Below, piece by piece: positions 1 to 9,243 of a stretch of 64,000 nt of DNA (the stretch's first letter is position 1; the number at the start of each line of letters is the position of its first letter). A program made the translations under genes and the position numbers. Source of the stretch: Myxococcota bacterium (GTDB lineage: Bacteria > Myxococcota_A > UBA796 > UBA2385); contig JBIJDH010000023.1 of assembly GCA_044344255.1 (NCBI GenBank), forward strand, positions 75,396 through 139,395. Direction: 5' to 3'. The notes beneath the pieces are model-generated. The model was not told where the DNA came from and made no database searches. It worked only from the letters and a program-made list of their open reading frames with translations.

Positions 1-714
1 CAGGGCAACCGCCACCTCGCCCCCGAGGAGGCGCTCAACCTGAGCCTCGGCCTCGAGCAGGACTGGGCGGACCAGGTCCACCTCGAGCTCACCGGCTACG
101 CGGGCTGGCTCGATCAGCTCATCGTCGGCAAGGAGGACCACTTCAGCTTCATCCCGGCGCCGCCGCCCAACGGCGAGCTCGACACCGGGGACTACGCCAA
201 TGAGGGGAGTGGCCGGGTGCGCGGCCTCGAGGCCCTCGGGCGATACACCGGGGAGCGCACCACCGCCTGGCTGTCCTTGACCCTCTCCCGGTCGAGCCGA
301 ACCGGTCGAGAGGGGCAGGAGGAGCTCTTCACCTACGATCAGCCCTTCGTCGGCACCCTCGCCGGGAGCCGCGCCCTGCCGCGCCGGGTGACGGTGGGCC
401 TCCGCGGGCGCTATGGCTCGGGCAACCCCTACTCGCTCGTCGCCAATCGGATCTATGACTTTGACCGACAGGGTTATGCCCCGCTCTACGGCGAGGCGGA
501 CACCGCCCGGATGCCCGCCTGGTGGTCCTTTGACGCGCGGATCGACAAGTCCTGGCCGCTCCGCCGCTGCGTGCTCTCCGCCTATGTGGACATCATGAAC
601 ACGACCAACCGGAAGAACGTCGAGCTCGTCACCTGGAGCGCCGACTACACGTCGCAGACGCCCATCTACGGCCTGCCCATCCTGCCCATCTTTGGGCTGC
701 GGGGCGAGTGGTGA
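1..714 (+). CDS. TonB-dependent receptor, C-terminal part (5' truncated by window edge)
   Basis: Frame 1 is open from base 1 (QGNRHLAPEEALNLSLGLEQ...). Beta-barrel-like segments (FDARIDKSW, AYVDIMN) and an aromatic C-terminus LPIFGLRGEW typical of myxobacterial TonB-dependent receptors. Confidence 0.8.
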   Translation, partial: QGNRHLAPEEALNLSLGLEQDWADQVHLELTGYAGWLDQLIVGKEDHFSFIPAPPPNGELDTGDYANEGSGRVRGLEALGRYTGERTTAWLSLTLSRSSRTGREGQEELFTYDQPFVGTLAGSRALPRRVTVGLRGRYGSGNPYSLVANRIYDFDRQGYAPLYGEADTARMPAWWSFDARIDKSWPLRRCVLSAYVDIMNTTNRKNVELVTWSADYTSQTPIYGLPILPIFGLRGEW

Positions 715-1610
715 CGGGGCGGGTGGTGACGGGGCGAGTGGCCGCGGTCTTGCCGCTGCTCGCCCTCTCGGCCGGGGCCTGCTCCGCCCGCGGCGAGGAC
801 CGCAGCCTCATCGAGAGCCTGCGGGTGGTCGCCACCACCGCGGCCCCCTACACCGGCCCGCCGGGCGCCCCGGTGGAGCTCGTGGTCTACACCGCCGACC
901 CCGCCCGTGAGGACTTCGAGCTCCTCGTCTGGACCTGCACCCCCTCGGTGAGCCCCTGCGCCGAGGCCGCGCTCCCCGCCTTCTCGGACTGGGTTCGGGT
1001 GGTGCCGCCGGAGGAGACCCGTCGAGAGACCCCCCTCTCCTGGACCCTCCCCGACGTCGGCGCGGCGGGCACTGACCCCCTCACCGGTGAGCAGGGTGTC
1101 CCCCTCTGGGTCCTCGCCTGCTCACCGGGGCGCTGCCCGATCGTGGCCGAGGCCCAGCGCCAGCTCGAGGCCGGCGAGGGGCCGAGCCTCTCCCTCCTCC
1201 AGGCGCTGTCGGCGCCCGACCTCTGGCTGGCCGAGCTCCCCCTCGAGGGCACCAGCCTCGGCGCCCGGGTGCTGCCCCTGTCCCTCGAGGGGGAGGCGGT
1301 GGCCAGCCTCTCGGTGACGCCGCACTTCGAGGCCGCGAGCACAGACCCGATGGCGCTCGAGGGCGGACAGACCCTCAAGATGAGCCTCATCACCGAGGGC
1401 ACCGGCCACGGCCGGCCGCTCTACAGCCGGGTCTTCACCACCCTCGGCTCGGCCTATCCGAGCTTCCTGCACACCGACGGGGGGCCGCTCCAGTCCGGGC
1501 TCACGATCCCCGAGGAGGGCGGTGAGGGCGAGGTCTTCGTCGTCTCGATGGTGGGCGACGCCCTCTACGGGCCGATCGGCGCCTGGTCGAGCGCGGTCAC
1601 CGTCGACTGA
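708..1610 (+). CDS. Hypothetical lipoprotein downstream of TonB-dependent receptor
   Basis: Hydrophobic signal with lipobox-like SAGAC; overlaps the receptor stop codon; Cys pairs (WTC..C, LACSPGRC). Confidence 0.7.
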   Translation: MVTGRVVTGRVAAVLPLLALSAGACSARGEDRSLIESLRVVATTAAPYTGPPGAPVELVVYTADPAREDFELLVWTCTPSVSPCAEAALPAFSDWVRVVPPEETRRETPLSWTLPDVGAAGTDPLTGEQGVPLWVLACSPGRCPIVAEAQRQLEAGEGPSLSLLQALSAPDLWLAELPLEGTSLGARVLPLSLEGEAVASLSVTPHFEAASTDPMALEGGQTLKMSLITEGTGHGRPLYSRVFTTLGSAYPSFLHTDGGPLQSGLTIPEEGGEGEVFVVSMVGDALYGPIGAWSSAVTVD

Positions 1611-1622
1611 GCCTCGACTGGG

Positions 1623-3458
1623 TCAGTCCACGCTCTCTTCGACCGCGCCGGGCGGCCACCCGTAAAAGACCGACGCGCCGCCTGGCTCCTCACTGCGGTC
1701 GTCGCCGAGGGTGAACAGCAGGTCGGGCGACCCGTCGGCGTTGAGGTCACCCGGCGCGGTGGCGGAGAGGCCGGTGACGCTGCCGGTGAATTCGCCGCCG
1801 AAGGAGCCCTGGAAGAGCGCATCGACCGACAGGTTGCCGACGAGGTCGCCCGGCCAGACGTACGCGAGGCCCGCCGGGCTGGCGGCGGTCACCGGCCCGC
1901 GCGGCGCCGCGGCCACGGCGTCGTTTACGCCGTCGCGGTCAAAGTCGCCGGGGCAGAGCACGGCGCTCCCGAGCCGGTCCCCGTCGGTGGTGCCCTCGGC
2001 GCGCAGCTCGGCCGCGGCGACCGACAGGCTTCCCGTGATCCCGGCCAGCGAGCCGGCCCCCCAGAGGGCCCAGACCGCGCCGCGGCTCGTGGTGGACCCG
2101 GTGGGGCCGGGGCCGCCGATGAGGATGTCGAGGAGGCCGTCACCATCGAGCTCTCCGGCGGCGATGGCGGCGCCCGCTCGCGCGCCGGGCTCGTCTCCCA
2201 CGATGACCACCCGCGCGTCCTCCAGGCGGGTGTCTGGGTCGAGGGGCCCCGCGAAGACATAGACCGAGCCCGGGAGCGTGCCGTCCCCTTCGCCGGGCGC
2301 GCCGACGATCAGCTCGGGGAGGCCGTCGCCGTCGAGGTCGCCGACGGTGAGCGCCGCGCCGAGCTCCGTCGCCGCGCCCTCGGCCACGAGGGAGAGGCGG
2401 GGGCCGGTCGCGCTGAGCAGGGGCCCCGCGAAGAGGGCCACACGGTCGGCCCCGCGGCCGCTGGTGACGACGTCATCGACTCCATCGGCGGTGAGATCGA
2501 CCCCGGCGCGGAGCCGCTCGCCCAGGCCCTCGCCGGCCGCTCCCGGGAGCGCCACCTCGGCGTCGTCGCTGGTCATTGCGCCGGAGAAGGGGCCGGCGAA
2601 GAGCAGCAGCGCCCCCTCGCCGCCTGCGCCGTGCCCCGGCGCGCCGAGGAGGAGGTCGCCCTGGCCGTCCCCGTCGAGGTCAGCCGCCCCGATGGCCGCG
2701 CCCAGCCGCTCCGGCGCCTCGGCCACCTCGCGGAGCTGCGCCAAGGCGGCTTCGGTCACCGCGAGCAGGTCCACCCCCCGCTTGGGGGCGAGGGGGACGA
2801 CGAAGAAGCTGCGCGGCCCGTCCTCGGCGAGCGGATCGTCTCCGAGCCGGAGCGAGAGGCCGAGCTCCGCGGCGCCGTCCCCGTCGAGGTCACCGACCGG
2901 CTCGACCACCGCGCCATAGGCGCCGACCGCCTCGGCGTGGAGCCAGGTGCCGAATTGCCACTTGGCGTCGAAGTGGCCCGACCAGGCGCAGGTCCGGGCG
3001 AGGCCGTCGCAGCTCCGATCGAAGCCGGCGTTACAGGCCTCGCGCTGGGCGGGGCTGACCTGATCGTCCTCATCGTCACAGTCGCCGCTCACCGCCAGAT
3101 GGGCCTCAGGCGCGTCGCAGACCTGCACCGCGCCCTCCGCTGCGCCATAGTGGTCCCCGTCGGTGTCGGGGTACCAGATGGGGACGAGGCCGTCGGCCTC
3201 ATCGACCTCCCCGTCGCAGTCGTTGTCGAAGCCGTCGCAGTCTTCGGGCTCCGACGGGCTGGCGAGCGGCTGCTCGTCGTCGCAGTCCTCTTCGTCGAGC
3301 CAGCCGTCTTCGTCTCGGTCGACGAAGGTGGGCAAGGTAGGTTGGGGGCAGCCGAGGGCCCAGCGCGCGCAGGCGGTGTCGCCGCAGCCGGTGAGGGCCG
3401 AGAGCAGGGCGACCGGGAGCGTGAGGGATTTGAGGGAGAGGGCTCGGGCCGTCCGCAT
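1623..3458 (-). CDS. Lipoprotein with MopE-like Asp/Cys metal-binding repeats and FG-GAP (integrin-alpha) repeats
   Basis: Start placed at MRTARA (3458), lipobox LTGC; DxDGDG/CDD..CDG repeats followed by several GDLDGDG..DLLxGAP repeats. Confidence 0.85.
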   Translation of the reverse strand: MRTARALSLKSLTLPVALLSALTGCGDTACARWALGCPQPTLPTFVDRDEDGWLDEEDCDDEQPLASPSEPEDCDGFDNDCDGEVDEADGLVPIWYPDTDGDHYGAAEGAVQVCDAPEAHLAVSGDCDDEDDQVSPAQREACNAGFDRSCDGLARTCAWSGHFDAKWQFGTWLHAEAVGAYGAVVEPVGDLDGDGAAELGLSLRLGDDPLAEDGPRSFFVVPLAPKRGVDLLAVTEAALAQLREVAEAPERLGAAIGAADLDGDGQGDLLLGAPGHGAGGEGALLLFAGPFSGAMTSDDAEVALPGAAGEGLGERLRAGVDLTADGVDDVVTSGRGADRVALFAGPLLSATGPRLSLVAEGAATELGAALTVGDLDGDGLPELIVGAPGEGDGTLPGSVYVFAGPLDPDTRLEDARVVIVGDEPGARAGAAIAAGELDGDGLLDILIGGPGPTGSTTSRGAVWALWGAGSLAGITGSLSVAAAELRAEGTTDGDRLGSAVLCPGDFDRDGVNDAVAAAPRGPVTAASPAGLAYVWPGDLVGNLSVDALFQGSFGGEFTGSVTGLSATAPGDLNADGSPDLLFTLGDDRSEEPGGASVFYGWPPGAVEESVD

Positions 3459-3469
3459 CGATTCGACCC

Positions 3470-4993
3470 TCAGTAGCGGCGTTGGAGGCGGAGGCTGGCG
3501 CCCGTCGTGGGGCCCTCGTCTTGGAGGCCCCCCGAGAGGTCGAGGGCGGTGAGCCAGTCGCCGAAGCGAGCCTCGGCCCCCGCCGAGAGGGCGGCCCCGA
3601 GCGAGACCGGCACGAAGGCCTCGACCGCCCCGCCGAGCACCGGCCGGAGATCGGCCTCGACCCACGACCAGCGGGCGCCGAGGGACAGGTGATAGAGCTG
3701 GCGGTCCGACCAGTCCGGATAGAGGTTGTAGGGGAGGTCAGCCCGGACGAGGCCGAGCTTGCCCTCGAGCGTGATCGGGCCCGCTGGCCCGCCGATCACG
3801 AGGTCAAGGGCGCCGTGACGGCGATCGACCATGCCGGTGTAGCCGACCGACAGGCCGGCGGAGAGGCGATCGCTCGGGGCGAGGGCGGCCATCGGCTCGG
3901 CGGCGGGCGACTCGGTGAAACGGCGGAGCGCGGGGTCAAAGGTGACGAGCCGGACCCGCTGGCCCCTCGGCGGCAGGGTCGCCTCCCGCTTCGCCTCATG
4001 CTCGGCGAGGATCACGGCCTCGGCGGTGGCGGGCAGGAGGTCGCCGGTGTCGAGCAGGGCCCCTGCGGCGGCGGCGGGCCGGGTGGCGGGGGCGGGCCCG
4101 ATGGTCAGGGCCGGCAGCGGGCGGAGGCCGTCGCGCGGCTCCACCCGGAGCAGGCGGAGGGACTGGAGCCCGCGCCGCTCGCACCAGTCGACCAGGAGGT
4201 CGAGGATGGGGTCGGGGGCGGCGTGGCTGTCGAAGGCGCCCACGAGCGCCCGCCAGGCCCCCTCGGCGGTGGGGAGCCCGTCGAGGTCGAGCAGGACGCG
4301 GCTCTGTCGCTCGGCGAGCACCGGCACCTCCGCCGCCCAGGTCCGGAGGCCTCCCGGGAGCCGCGCGGTGAGGCGGTGGGCGCCGGGCAGGAGCGCGACC
4401 TCCACCGACCCCGGTGGCAGCCGCCGCCCATCGACGGAGACCAAGGCGCCATCGGGCACCTGGGCGAGGACGAGCGTCCCCCGCCCGCCCGCGGCGAGGC
4501 TCCGGAGCGCGCTCGACCAGGCCGCCTCCAGCGCAGGGTCGGGCAGGGGCAGCGGCGGGGCCCGGCCGTCGACCACCGCCGCCGCCTGCTGGAGGGACAG
4601 GGTCGCCGCCCCCTCGGCCCCGCGGTGGAGCTCGGCCGCGCCGCGGAGGACGAGGAGCGAGAAGAGCGTGGCCTCGTCGACGGCGCCCGGCCAGCGGCGG
4701 AGCGCGTCCTCCGCCGCCGTGGTGGCCTGAGCGACCGCGCGCCACTCGCCGGCCCGCGCCGCCACCCCGGCCTCCGCGAGGGCGAGGGCGAGGCGGTCAT
4801 CCTGGTCGGAGCCGTCGGCCCAGCCGTCGCTGTCCTGCACGAGCAGGCTGTCGAGGGTGGACAGCGCGCGCCCGCCCGCCGCGCCGACAGACTCGACATA
4901 GGCCAGATCGGCCTCACAGGCCTCTGGGCTGTCACAGACCAGGAGGGCGGCCTCGCCGGCGCGGGCCAGGGAGAGGCTCAGGAGGAGGAGCAT
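3470..4993 (-). CDS. Secreted hypothetical protein with PEGA-like domain and probable C-terminal beta-barrel-like region (paralog 1)
   Basis: Signal peptide; GALVSVDGR..LLPGAHRL PEGA-like motif; similar to 9244..10740 and 10777..11778. Confidence 0.7.
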   Translation of the reverse strand: MLLLLSLSLARAGEAALLVCDSPEACEADLAYVESVGAAGGRALSTLDSLLVQDSDGWADGSDQDDRLALALAEAGVAARAGEWRAVAQATTAAEDALRRWPGAVDEATLFSLLVLRGAAELHRGAEGAATLSLQQAAAVVDGRAPPLPLPDPALEAAWSSALRSLAAGGRGTLVLAQVPDGALVSVDGRRLPPGSVEVALLPGAHRLTARLPGGLRTWAAEVPVLAERQSRVLLDLDGLPTAEGAWRALVGAFDSHAAPDPILDLLVDWCERRGLQSLRLLRVEPRDGLRPLPALTIGPAPATRPAAAAGALLDTGDLLPATAEAVILAEHEAKREATLPPRGQRVRLVTFDPALRRFTESPAAEPMAALAPSDRLSAGLSVGYTGMVDRRHGALDLVIGGPAGPITLEGKLGLVRADLPYNLYPDWSDRQLYHLSLGARWSWVEADLRPVLGGAVEAFVPVSLGAALSAGAEARFGDWLTALDLSGGLQDEGPTTGASLRLQRRY

Positions 4994-6327
4994 GGGCCTC
5001 GGCCCGGGGCGCGGCGCCGCCGCCGCAGGAGGGCAGCGGCGAGCAGGAGGGCGCTCGTCGCGGCGGGCGCGGCGGGCGCGGTGGCGCAGCTCCAGCCGAG
5101 GTAGTCCTCGGGGCGGCCGTCGCAGTCGTTGTCCACCGCGTCGTTGAGCTCGGGGGCGCCGGGGAAGATGCGCCCGTCGCGGTCGTCACAGTCGCCCTCG
5201 TCCTCCGACCAGCCGTCGAGGTCGTCGTCGAAGCCCTCCGTGCCCTCGTCCACCACGCCGTCACAGTCGTTGTCGAGGTCATCCCACCGCTCGGGGGCGC
5301 CCGCGGAGACCGTGGGGTCCTCGTCAGAGCAGTCGCCCTCCGCCTCGCTCTGGCCGTCGCCGTCGTCGTCGGAGACCGCCGTGTCCTCGTCGATCTCCGC
5401 GTCGCAGTCCTGGTCCTGTCCGTCGGCCACCTCGGGGGCGCCGGGGTAGGTCGCGCGGTCGGCGTCGTCGCAGTCGCCCTCCTCCTCGGACCAGCCGTCG
5501 CCGTCGTCGTCGTGGACGAGCGTGCCCTCGTCGACCAGCCCGTCGCAGTCGTTGTCGAGCCCGTCCCCGTCCTCGGCGGCGTCGGGGCTCCGGGCGGCGT
5601 TTGTATCGTCGCAGTCGCCCTCGTCCTCGGCGTAGCCGTCGTGGTCGTCGTCGGAGCCGTCGGTGTCCTCGTCTGTGGCGCCGTCGCAGTCATTGTCGAG
5701 TCCGTCCTCGAGCTCGGCGGCCCCGGGCCAGATCCAGGCGTTGCCGTCGTCGCAGTCGCCCTCCCCTTCGGTCCAGCCGTCGCCGTCGTCGTCGAAGGCC
5801 TCCGTCTCCTCGTCGGTCAGGCCGTCGCAGTCCTGGTCGAAGCCGTCCACCGCCTCGGCGGCGCCGGGGTGGGTGGCCGCCGCGCCGTCGTCGCAGTCGC
5901 CCTCCGCCTCGGTCCAGCCGTCGCCGTCGTCGTCGTAGGCGGCGGTGTGATCGTCGATGAGCCCGTCGCAGCTGTTGTCGAGGCCGTCCTCCCACTCATA
6001 AGCGCCGGGGTACGACAGGGGGTTCGTGTCGTCGCAGTCGCCCAGGTCCTCCGACCAGCCGTCGCTGTCGTCGTCGTAGACGCGGGTGCCCTCGTCCACC
6101 ATGAAGTCGCAGTCGTTGTCGATGCCATCGGCGACCTCGACGGCGCTCGGGGAGATGTCGGGGGCGGTGTCGTCGCAGTCGCCGGCCTCGTCGGGCCAGC
6201 CGTCGCCGTCGAGGTCTGCGGCGGCGGCGGGGCGCGCGGTGAGGAGCGAGAGGAGTCCGAGGAGGAGCCCGAGCCGGAGCCCGAGGAGGAGCCCGCTCCG
6301 CGGCAGGAGGGCCGGCGGGGCCCTCAT
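4978..6327 (-). CDS. MopE-like Asp/Cys repeat surface protein with MYXO-CTERM-like tail
   Basis: Start 6327 (ATGA overlap with upstream stop); about 8 repeats DxDGDGW.E.EGDCDD...PGA.E..DG.DNDCDG; C-terminal GWSC-hydrophobic-RRRRR. Confidence 0.85.
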   Translation of the reverse strand: MRAPPALLPRSGLLLGLRLGLLLGLLSLLTARPAAAADLDGDGWPDEAGDCDDTAPDISPSAVEVADGIDNDCDFMVDEGTRVYDDDSDGWSEDLGDCDDTNPLSYPGAYEWEDGLDNSCDGLIDDHTAAYDDDGDGWTEAEGDCDDGAAATHPGAAEAVDGFDQDCDGLTDEETEAFDDDGDGWTEGEGDCDDGNAWIWPGAAELEDGLDNDCDGATDEDTDGSDDDHDGYAEDEGDCDDTNAARSPDAAEDGDGLDNDCDGLVDEGTLVHDDDGDGWSEEEGDCDDADRATYPGAPEVADGQDQDCDAEIDEDTAVSDDDGDGQSEAEGDCSDEDPTVSAGAPERWDDLDNDCDGVVDEGTEGFDDDLDGWSEDEGDCDDRDGRIFPGAPELNDAVDNDCDGRPEDYLGWSCATAPAAPAATSALLLAAALLRRRRRAPGRGPCSSS

Positions 6328-8570
6328 CGACGTCGCCGTCCGGCGGAGAGGAGACGTCGCCGCCCGGCGGAGAGGAGGAGCCCGATGAGCAGGAGGCCGC
6401 CGCCCGCCCCGCCCGCCCCGCCCGCCCGCGGCGCGGCGCTGCACGATGCGGCGAACCAGCCCTCCGGCCCGTCCACGTGGCCGTCACAGTTCCGGTCCCC
6501 ATCGCCCGGGGCCTCGGCGGCGCCCGGGTGGGTGAGCGGGTCGCCGTCGTCGCAGTCGCCCGCCTCCTCGGTGAGGCCGTCGGCGTCGTCGTCCCAGATC
6601 GGGGTCTCGTCGTCGATGAGGCCGTCGCAGTCGTTGTCCTGGCCGTCCACCCGCTCGGGGAAGCCGGGGCCGACCTCGGGGCGGCCGTCGTCGCAGTCGT
6701 GCTCCCACTCGCTCAGGCCGTCGCCGTCGTCGTCGTAGGCGAGGGTGCCCTCGTCGGTGGCGCCGTCGCAGTCGTCGTCCTGGCCGTTCGGCGCCTCCTC
6801 CGCGTCGGGCCAGACGGCGGCGCTGCGATCCTCACAGTCGCCGGCGTCTTCGGTCCACCCGTCGTGGTCGTCGTCGAACCGGTCGGTGCGGTTGTCGACG
6901 ATGAAGTCGCAGTCGTCGTCCTCGTCGTTCGGCAGCTCCTCGGCGAGCGGATAGGCGACGGCGCGGTCGTCGTCGCAGTCCCCGTCGTCTTCACTCCAGC
7001 CGTCACCGTCGTCGTCGAAGGCGCGGGTGCCGTCGTCGGCGAGCCCGTTGCAGTCGTTGTCCTCGCCGTCGGGCTGCTCGGGGGCGCCGGGGAAGGCGAG
7101 GCGGCTCTGGTCGTCGCAGTCGCCCTGGTCTTCACTCCAGCCGTCGCCGTCGTCGTCCCAGTGGGCGGTGCCTTCGTCGATGAGGCCGTCACAGTCTTCG
7201 TCGCCGGGGAGCCCAGACTCCTCACCGGCGGTCTCGTCACCGGTCGGGTGGGCGGCGGGGTCGCGGTCGTCACAGTCGCCCTGGTCTTCACTCCAGCCGT
7301 CGCCGTCGTCGTCGACGGCGCGGGTCCCCTCGTCGATGAGCGCGTCGCAGTCGTCGTCCTCACCGTCCGCCATCTCGGGGGCCTCGGGGTAGGTGAAGCC
7401 GTCTTGGTCGTCGCAGTCGCCCTGGTCCTCCGACCAGCCGTCGTGGTCATCGTCGTAAGCGGCGGTGCCTTCGTCTACCCGGCCGTCGCAGTCGTTGTCG
7501 ATGCCGTCGAGCACCTCGAGCGCGCCGGGGTGAATGTCCTCGTTCAGGTCTTCGCAGTCGCCGTCGCAGGTGCGGTAGCCGTCGAGGTCGAGCTCGTAGC
7601 CCTCGTCGATGTCTCCCGCACAGTCATTGTCCTCGCCGTCACACAGCTCGGGCGCGCCGGGGTAGCTGTGGTCATTGGTGTCGTTGCAGTCGTCGTCGTT
7701 CTCGACCCAGCCAGCCGGGGTGGTGCAGGCACGATCGGGCACGGCGGGGTCTCCGTAGCTGTCCCCGTCGGCGTCGATCCAGACGTCGTGCGCGTCGATG
7801 GCGTCGCGACCGTCGGTGGAGCCGTCGCAATTGTCGTCCTTGCCGTTACACCACTCGTCGGCGCCGGGGTGAACGGCGCTGTCCGCGTCATTACAGTCGT
7901 CGGTGGCGGTGTAACCGTCGCCGTCCGCGTCGACGGCGCCGCAGGTGAGGTCGGGGATCGATCGATAGGCCCCCTGGTTGTTCCAGCGGGTGGAGGAGGC
8001 GCCGCAAGGGCCGGCGAAGGGCTCGACCGAGGTGGAGGAGCTCGACCCGCTGCGGGGCTCGAAGTGGAGGTGGGGGCCGGTGCTGTTGCCCGAGGAGCCC
8101 ACCTCGCCGAGCTTCTGTCCACAGGAGACGGTCTGGCCGCTGCTCACGGCCACCGTCCAGATCTTCATGTGGCAGTACATCGTGCGCATGCCGTCAGCGT
8201 GCTGAAGGATGGCGTAGTTGCCACAGCCGCCCCCACCGCCGCAGGCGCCGGTGGTGCAGGCGTCGAACTCCCCGTCGTGGGCGGTGGTGACGGTGCCGTC
8301 TGCCGCCGCGGTGATGTCGCGGCCGACGGCCATGCTCGACCAGCCGCCGATGGCGAAGTCTGTCCCCTTGTGGCCGGAGTAGTAGACCGAGCCGCAATTC
8401 CAGTCCTGCCCGCCCTCGTCCCGATAGGCGGAGGGATAGAAGGCGCCGGCGTCGGCGGTCGTGCTGGGGAAGGAGTAGGACTGGGCCTGCGCGGCCCCCG
8501 AAGCCAAGCCCGAAGCCAAGATGGACAGGAGGGGCAGGCCCAAAGACAGGGCGAGGCGGAGGCGCGTCAT
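6324..8570 (-). CDS. M23 family metallopeptidase fused to MopE-like repeats, MYXO-CTERM-like tail
   Basis: Start MTRLRL (8570, ATGA overlap). M23 motifs HKGTD, YCHM, GNSTGPHLHF; Asp/Cys repeats; ASC-Gly-rich-hydrophobic-RRRR tail. Confidence 0.88.
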   Translation of the reverse strand: MTRLRLALSLGLPLLSILASGLASGAAQAQSYSFPSTTADAGAFYPSAYRDEGGQDWNCGSVYYSGHKGTDFAIGGWSSMAVGRDITAAADGTVTTAHDGEFDACTTGACGGGGGCGNYAILQHADGMRTMYCHMKIWTVAVSSGQTVSCGQKLGEVGSSGNSTGPHLHFEPRSGSSSSTSVEPFAGPCGASSTRWNNQGAYRSIPDLTCGAVDADGDGYTATDDCNDADSAVHPGADEWCNGKDDNCDGSTDGRDAIDAHDVWIDADGDSYGDPAVPDRACTTPAGWVENDDDCNDTNDHSYPGAPELCDGEDNDCAGDIDEGYELDLDGYRTCDGDCEDLNEDIHPGALEVLDGIDNDCDGRVDEGTAAYDDDHDGWSEDQGDCDDQDGFTYPEAPEMADGEDDDCDALIDEGTRAVDDDGDGWSEDQGDCDDRDPAAHPTGDETAGEESGLPGDEDCDGLIDEGTAHWDDDGDGWSEDQGDCDDQSRLAFPGAPEQPDGEDNDCNGLADDGTRAFDDDGDGWSEDDGDCDDDRAVAYPLAEELPNDEDDDCDFIVDNRTDRFDDDHDGWTEDAGDCEDRSAAVWPDAEEAPNGQDDDCDGATDEGTLAYDDDGDGLSEWEHDCDDGRPEVGPGFPERVDGQDNDCDGLIDDETPIWDDDADGLTEEAGDCDDGDPLTHPGAAEAPGDGDRNCDGHVDGPEGWFAASCSAAPRAGGAGGAGGGLLLIGLLLSAGRRRLLSAGRRRR

Positions 8571-9196
8571 GGTGGGCTCACCGTCCAGTCCTTCCCGCCG
8601 GCGGTCCAGCGGAGCCCGTCGGCCCCCCAGGTGAGGCCCCCGGCGCTGGGGACGGGGATGAAGCCCTCGGGGGGCTGGCCGGGCGGGTGGGGGACCCGCT
8701 CGACGCCGACGTTCGTGAGCTGGACCGCCGAGCCGGCGCCGGCCGCGACCTCGACCGCCCACAGGGAGGCGACGCCCGTGCAGCCCGAGACGAAGGCGAG
8801 CCGCCGCCCGTCGGGGGAGAAGGCCGGCCGATCGGAGGAGCAGGGCCAAGCGATCAGCGCGGCGGCGGGCGCCTCTCCCGTGAGGTCGAGGACCATGAGC
8901 TCGGTCTCGGCGCCGTCGCGGAGGCGGGGGTAAGCGAGGAGCCGGCTGTCGGGCGACCAGGCGAGCTCGGGGAGGACGTCGCGGTCGTCGTGGCGGGGCG
9001 CGTGCCCCTCCGACCCGCTCTCGACGCGGAGCGCGCCGCCTGCGGTCACCGCCGCGGTCCAGCGCCCATCCGGCGAGGCCGCCTCCCCCGCGGGGATGCC
9101 GTCCAGGGCGACGCCGGTGGGCGCAGGGTGGTCTGCGCAGGCGGGCAGGAGCGGGGCCCCGGCGAGGGCCAGGAGGAGCGGAGCGGAGCGGTACAT
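8567..9196 (-). CDS. Small TolB/PD40-repeat lipoprotein
   Basis: Lipobox LPAC; SPDGR, WSPDSR and FSPDGRRLAF repeats. Confidence 0.75.
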   Translation of the reverse strand: MYRSAPLLLALAGAPLLPACADHPAPTGVALDGIPAGEAASPDGRWTAAVTAGGALRVESGSEGHAPRHDDRDVLPELAWSPDSRLLAYPRLRDGAETELMVLDLTGEAPAAALIAWPCSSDRPAFSPDGRRLAFVSGCTGVASLWAVEVAAGAGSAVQLTNVGVERVPHPPGQPPEGFIPVPSAGGLTWGADGLRWTAGGKDWTVSPP

Positions 9197-9243
9197 CGGT
9201 AGACCATAACCGGCGGCGACGGCCGAACCGCGAGGAGGGACCC

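Noticed and set aside
4414..8933. Long plus-strand ORFs (4414..6738, 6477..8933) and similar long antisense ORFs elsewhere
   Set aside because: Stop-poor reverse frames of high-GC repeat genes, giving VAVVV-type translations with no motifs.
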